Shown: piece after piece, positions 60,915 to 64,000 of the stretch
Position numbering within the stretch: the first letter of the stretch is position 1
Layout: every line of letters begins with the position of its first letter
NCBI GenBank assembly: GCA_964201005.1
Contig: CAXNCS010000003.1
Span: 71,180 to 135,179, forward strand
Source of the DNA: Myxococcota bacterium
GTDB taxonomy: Bacteria > Myxococcota_A > UBA9042
Length of the DNA: 64,000 nt
Reading direction: 5' to 3'
Program-made: the position numbers and the translations under genes
The notes under the pieces: generated by a model
What the model was told of the DNA's origin: nothing
Databases searched by the model: none
The model's input: only the letters and a program-made list of their open reading frames with translations

Positions 60915-62981
60915 ATGGCCACGGGCATTACCAGCGCCTACCCCCAGCAGTTTGGTCGCTATATCCTCACGGCAAAGATCGCCATGGGCGGTATGGCCGA
61001 GATTTTCCGCGCCAAAAGCGTCGGCGCTGAGGGTTTTGAGAAGGCCGTCGTCATCAAGCGCATCCTGCCGCACTTCAGCGAGGATGAAGGCTTTGTGACG
61101 ATGTTCAAGGACGAGGCCAAGGTCGCTTCGCACCTGAACCACGCCAATGTCGTTCAGATTTTCGATTTCGATGAAGTCGACAACCTGTTCTACATCGCTA
61201 TGGAGTACGTCGAGGGGCGCGACCTCAAGCGCGTGCTCGATCAGGGCGCCAAGCTCGGCAAGCCGTTGTCGATCGCTCAGGCGGTCTACATCATGATCGA
61301 GGCCAGCAAAGGTCTTGATTACGCGCACAAACGCATCGTCGACGGCCAGCCGCTCAGCATCATTCACCGCGACGTATCGCCGCACAACGTGATGGTGTCC
61401 TTCAACGGCGAAGTCAAGATCATGGACTTCGGCATTGCCAAGGCCGCGGCGCGCTCGACCAAGACGCGCGTCGGCACGGTCAAGGGCAAGTGCGCCTACA
61501 TGTCGCCTGAGCAGGCCCGCGGCCGCAATCTCGACCCGCGATCGGACCTGTTTGCCCTGGGCGTGTGCATGTGGGAGATGCTCACCGGCAAACGGCTTTT
61601 TGTCGGCGACTCTGACTTTGAGACGCTGAACAACGTGCTCAAGGCCGAAGTGCCGCCGCCGTCCGAACTCAACCCCGAAGTGCCCAAGGAGCTCGACGCG
61701 ATCGTGCTGCGGTCGCTCGCTCGCGAAGTCGACGATCGGCAAAAAGACGTCGGCGCGTTCGTGAACGAACTGAATCGCTGGTTCTTCTCTGCAGTTCCGG
61801 ATCCAGAAGCCGTCAACATGAACGGCTACATGCACGATCTGTTTGGCGACGAGATCGCTCAGCTCCGCCAGGATGCCGCCGGCGAAGCCCAGATGCTCGA
61901 CCAAGCGCGCAAGGGCAACACCTTGGGTGGCCAGCGCAAGCCCGGCACCGGATCGCAGCCTGCGGCCCACACCCCGGACGACGAGCGCACCATGGCCCTG
62001 CCAGGCGGCGCGGCCTCGCACATGGACAGCGACCGCACCATGGCGCTGCCCGACGCGATGGCTCAGCTGCGCGGCAAGAGCCAGGTGGCGATCGCCGCCG
62101 CTCCGGTCGCTCCAGTCAAGAAGTCCAACGCCGGGCTCTTTGCCGGCATCGGCGTCGTGCTCGCTGCAGCGATCGGCATCGGCGCGTACGTCGCCACCAA
62201 AGGCAAAGAGCCGCCCCCCGTGGCTGCTGTGGCCCCGGCGGCGCCGGCTGAGAAGCCCAAGTTCAAGATCACGGTCAAGGCCGCAGGTGCAGCCAAGATC
62301 TATGTCGACGGCAAGGTCGCTTGCATGGGCAAGGACGAGTGCGACGAGACGGTTGAAGCCGGCGAACACAAAGTCATGGCCGAAAACGCCGACGGCAAGG
62401 GCGTCGACCAAAAAGTCGACATGACGGCCGATCAGGTCGTGACGCTGACCGTTCCCGCGGTGGAGAAGAAGCCCGAAAACGCCCCTCAGGTGGTCGCGTC
62501 CGCCAATTTCTTCGTCAAAGTCCTGCCCGACAACGCGATCGTCACGGTCAACGGTCAGGCGGTGCAGCTCGTCGGCGGCTCTGGCAAGATCGCCAATGCC
62601 AAGATCGGCGACGCCTTGAAGATCGAGGTCAAGGCGGAAGGGCACAAGACCGAAGTCATCGACAAGATGGCCATGAAGGACGGCGAGATCTTTGAGGTCA
62701 AGCTGGAGAAAGACAAGCCGGCCCAGGCTGCAAGCGCCGGCGGTGACACCAAGCCCAAAGAAGCTGCGCCGGCAGGTCCGGGCAAGCTCAAGATCTCCGC
62801 TAAGCCCTGGGCCAAGATCCAGATTAAGGGCAAGGACTACGGTCTGACCCCCCAGGAAGTGACCCTGCCCGCCGGCAAGTACACGGTAACGCTCGTCAAG
62901 GGCACGGTTCAGAAGACCGCTTCGGTCGCTGTGAAGGCCGGCGGCAGCGCCTCGGTCTCGGTCGACATGAACGAGCCGTAA
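60915..62981 (+). CDS. Membrane Ser/Thr protein kinase with a C-terminal PEGA-type domain region
   Basis: ORF 60666-62981, with the start moved to ATG 60915 (GGAG upstream). Hanks kinase motifs: GGMAEIF, VVIKRI (Lys), HRDVSPHNVMV, DFGIAK, YMSPEQ. A disordered linker is followed by the TM helix LFAGIGVVLAAAIGIGAYVA and extracytoplasmic beta repeats ending KISAKPWAKIQIKGKDYGLTPQEVTLPAGKYTVTLVKG (PEGA-like). Confidence 0.88.
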   Translation: MATGITSAYPQQFGRYILTAKIAMGGMAEIFRAKSVGAEGFEKAVVIKRILPHFSEDEGFVTMFKDEAKVASHLNHANVVQIFDFDEVDNLFYIAMEYVEGRDLKRVLDQGAKLGKPLSIAQAVYIMIEASKGLDYAHKRIVDGQPLSIIHRDVSPHNVMVSFNGEVKIMDFGIAKAAARSTKTRVGTVKGKCAYMSPEQARGRNLDPRSDLFALGVCMWEMLTGKRLFVGDSDFETLNNVLKAEVPPPSELNPEVPKELDAIVLRSLAREVDDRQKDVGAFVNELNRWFFSAVPDPEAVNMNGYMHDLFGDEIAQLRQDAAGEAQMLDQARKGNTLGGQRKPGTGSQPAAHTPDDERTMALPGGAASHMDSDRTMALPDAMAQLRGKSQVAIAAAPVAPVKKSNAGLFAGIGVVLAAAIGIGAYVATKGKEPPPVAAVAPAAPAEKPKFKITVKAAGAAKIYVDGKVACMGKDECDETVEAGEHKVMAENADGKGVDQKVDMTADQVVTLTVPAVEKKPENAPQVVASANFFVKVLPDNAIVTVNGQAVQLVGGSGKIANAKIGDALKIEVKAEGHKTEVIDKMAMKDGEIFEVKLEKDKPAQAASAGGDTKPKEAAPAGPGKLKISAKPWAKIQIKGKDYGLTPQEVTLPAGKYTVTLVKGTVQKTASVAVKAGGSASVSVDMNEP

Positions 62982-63052
62982 GGTGGGCGACCCGACTTGC
63001 AGCCAGGCGGTCCAGAAAAACACCGCTGCGGCAAAAAAACTGGGTCAGACGC

Positions 63053-63081
63053 TTGACGGCTACCCCGACCTCCTCTAAGAT
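63053..63081 (+). promoter_or_regulatory. Candidate sigma70-type promoter for the tRNA-Gly genes
   Basis: TTGACG (63053-63058), a 17-nt spacer, then TAAGAT (63076-63081), about 85 nt upstream of the first tRNA. Confidence 0.35.
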
Positions 63082-63166
63082 GCCCTCGCTTCCGACGGAC
63101 GACGTTGGGGGCAACCAGCAGGCGACCCGCGCGGACGCCCTGGATCCCGGGCTTCGGTCCGGTACC

Positions 63167-63238
63167 GCGGGAATAGCTCAGCGGTAGAGCGCGACCTTGC
63201 CAAGGTCGATGTCGCGGGTTCAAATCCCGTTTCCCGCT
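63167..63238 (+). tRNA. tRNA-Gly (anticodon GCC), copy 1; CCA not encoded
   Basis: GCGGGAA-TA-GCTC-AGCGGTA-GAGC-G-CGACC-TTGCCAA-GGTCG-ATGTC-GCGGG-TTCAAAT-CCCGT-TTCCCGC-T folds as a canonical cloverleaf. The anticodon loop TTGCCAA gives GCC. It closely resembles the E. coli tRNA-Gly(GCC) acceptor and D arm. It is followed by CCC, not CCA. Confidence 0.95.
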
Positions 63239-63273
63239 CCCTCCTTCTGGCCTGTTGGCAGAAGGCACCAGAT

Positions 63274-63308
63274 CAAAGGGGTCCCCCGGGGCCCCTTTGG
63301 CGCTTTTG
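63274..63308 (+). terminator. Rho-independent terminator after tRNA-Gly copy 1
   Basis: CAAAGGGGTCCCCCGGGGCCCCTTTG forms a ~10-bp GC-rich stem and is followed by GCGCTTTTGTG. Confidence 0.75.
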
Positions 63309-63369
63309 TGAGACCCCTTCTCGGCTTGCCGGGTCAGGGGAACTGCGGCGGCTTCAGCGCCGTCGCGCC

Positions 63370-63444
63370 GCGGGAATAGCTCAGCGGTAGAGCGCGACCT
63401 TGCCAAGGTCGATGTCGCGGGTTCAAATCCCGTTTCCCGCTCCA
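63370..63444 (+). tRNA. tRNA-Gly (anticodon GCC), copy 2; CCA encoded
   Basis: The 72-nt body is identical to copy 1 and is followed by an encoded CCA (63442-63444). Confidence 0.95.
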
Positions 63445-63478
63445 ACAGCCGAACCAACAGCGGCTGGTTGCAGCAAAT

Positions 63479-63514
63479 CAAAGGGGTCCCTCGGGGCCCC
63501 TTTGGCGTTTTTGG
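63479..63514 (+). terminator. Rho-independent terminator after tRNA-Gly copy 2
   Basis: CAAAGGGGTCCCTCGGGGCCCCTTTG stem followed by GCGTTTTTGG. It is near-identical to the hairpin after copy 1. Confidence 0.75.
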
Positions 63515-64000
63515 ACCGCTCGCGGGCCGGCCGGCCGGGCCTCTTTGGGGGCGGCGGAAGTGCGCATTTCTGGCCATCGCCGTCGCGAACGGTTGCGAAG
63601 CGCAAGACCCTTTGTTAGCCTTCAACGGGGTGTTGTTCCTCGGTCACGAGATCAGCCCTCCTTCCCCCAAGACCAAGGGCTGCGAGCCCTGGGTCGATCC
63701 GCGTGCCAGCCGCGCCTCCCCCCGCGCAAGGTCACGAACAGACAGAAGAACGCAGGTTGGGCCGCGGCCCTGTGGACTCCGGACCCACAGATGCGCGCGA
63801 CCTGCCGGACGTCGCGGCCGATCCACCGCGGATTTCGCCTGCGTCCCCCCCCAAGCGGGTATCGGCAAGCCCGAGCTGTCCCCCACAGCGCGTGCCCACG
63901 CCGCCCCCGGCTGCCCCATCGCGTCGCGTCGACCCCGTGTCGGCGTCGGCCCGGCACAGCTGTACGGCGCGTATGCGCCAGCTTGCGCGTCCGTTGCACC

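Larger units (their letters stand above)
63167..63514 (+). repeat. Tandem duplication of a tRNA-Gly + terminator unit (~203-nt period)
   Basis: The tRNA bodies are identical and the ATCAAAGGGGTCCC(C/T)CGGGGCCCCTTTGGCG terminator cores are near-identical. The spacers between tRNA and terminator, and the 5' flanks, differ. Confidence 0.85.

Noticed and set aside
60732-63023. 763-aa - strand ORF
   Set aside because: It is antisense to the Ser/Thr kinase gene, whose Hanks motifs fix the + strand frame.
63644-63999. Two overlapping minus-strand ORFs (91 and 115 aa) at the right edge
   Set aside because: Their translations are Arg/Gly/Pro-rich with no start context or motifs, so they are most likely non-coding or antisense to an edge-truncated gene.
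1-64000. CRISPR arrays, IS elements, integrases, prophage or toxin-antitoxin modules
   Set aside because: I looked for regularly spaced direct repeats, terminal inverted repeats and DDE or tyrosine-recombinase motifs. None were seen. The only DNA-level repeat found is the tRNA-Gly duplication.

Overview
GC-rich bacterial chromosomal segment with strong G/C bias at third codon positions. It is almost entirely coding. The long antisense ORFs in the track are the usual high-GC artefacts. The content points to a Myxococcota-type (deltaproteobacterial) genome, by inference: MYXO-CTERM-type tails, very many lipoprotein signal peptides, a PEGA-domain Ser/Thr kinase, a PP2C phosphatase, and a Glt/Nfs-like gene order. 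Layout: (i) 1-7.7 kb holds a truncated cysteine synthase/CBS gene, a matrixin-like Cys-rich protein with a MYXO-CTERM tail, a membrane-anchored triple-DsbA oxidoreductase, a HEAT-repeat lipoprotein and an arginine-deiminase-family gene. (ii) 7.7-35.6 kb is a large envelope locus. A minus-strand block runs vWA lipoprotein, two paralogous beta-barrel proteins, TPR protein, 1189-aa TPR protein, TPR protein, 86-aa secreted protein. This order mirrors the Myxococcus Glt/Nfs machines. It is flanked on both sides by a family of giant Ig-repeat lipoproteins. Four of these share a distinctive C-terminal domain and one carries a vWA domain. (iii) 35.9-43 kb is housekeeping (IHF-beta-like, asnS, PP2C, asd, truA), with an odd FN3 / internal sorting tag / beta-barrel fusion gene between asd and truA. 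(iv) 43.0-59.9 kb holds a Cys-repeat lipoprotein followed by a complete type II secretion cluster, gspC through gspN. (v) 60-64 kb holds a small Cys-containing ORF, a PEGA-domain Ser/Thr kinase, two tandem tRNA-Gly(GCC) genes each with its own terminator, and an unassigned tail. I saw no CRISPR array, rRNA, transposase or integrase. The best candidate for something new is the Glt/Nfs-like scaffold combined with the vWA and Ig-repeat lipoprotein family. All homology statements are motif-level readings and need database confirmation.
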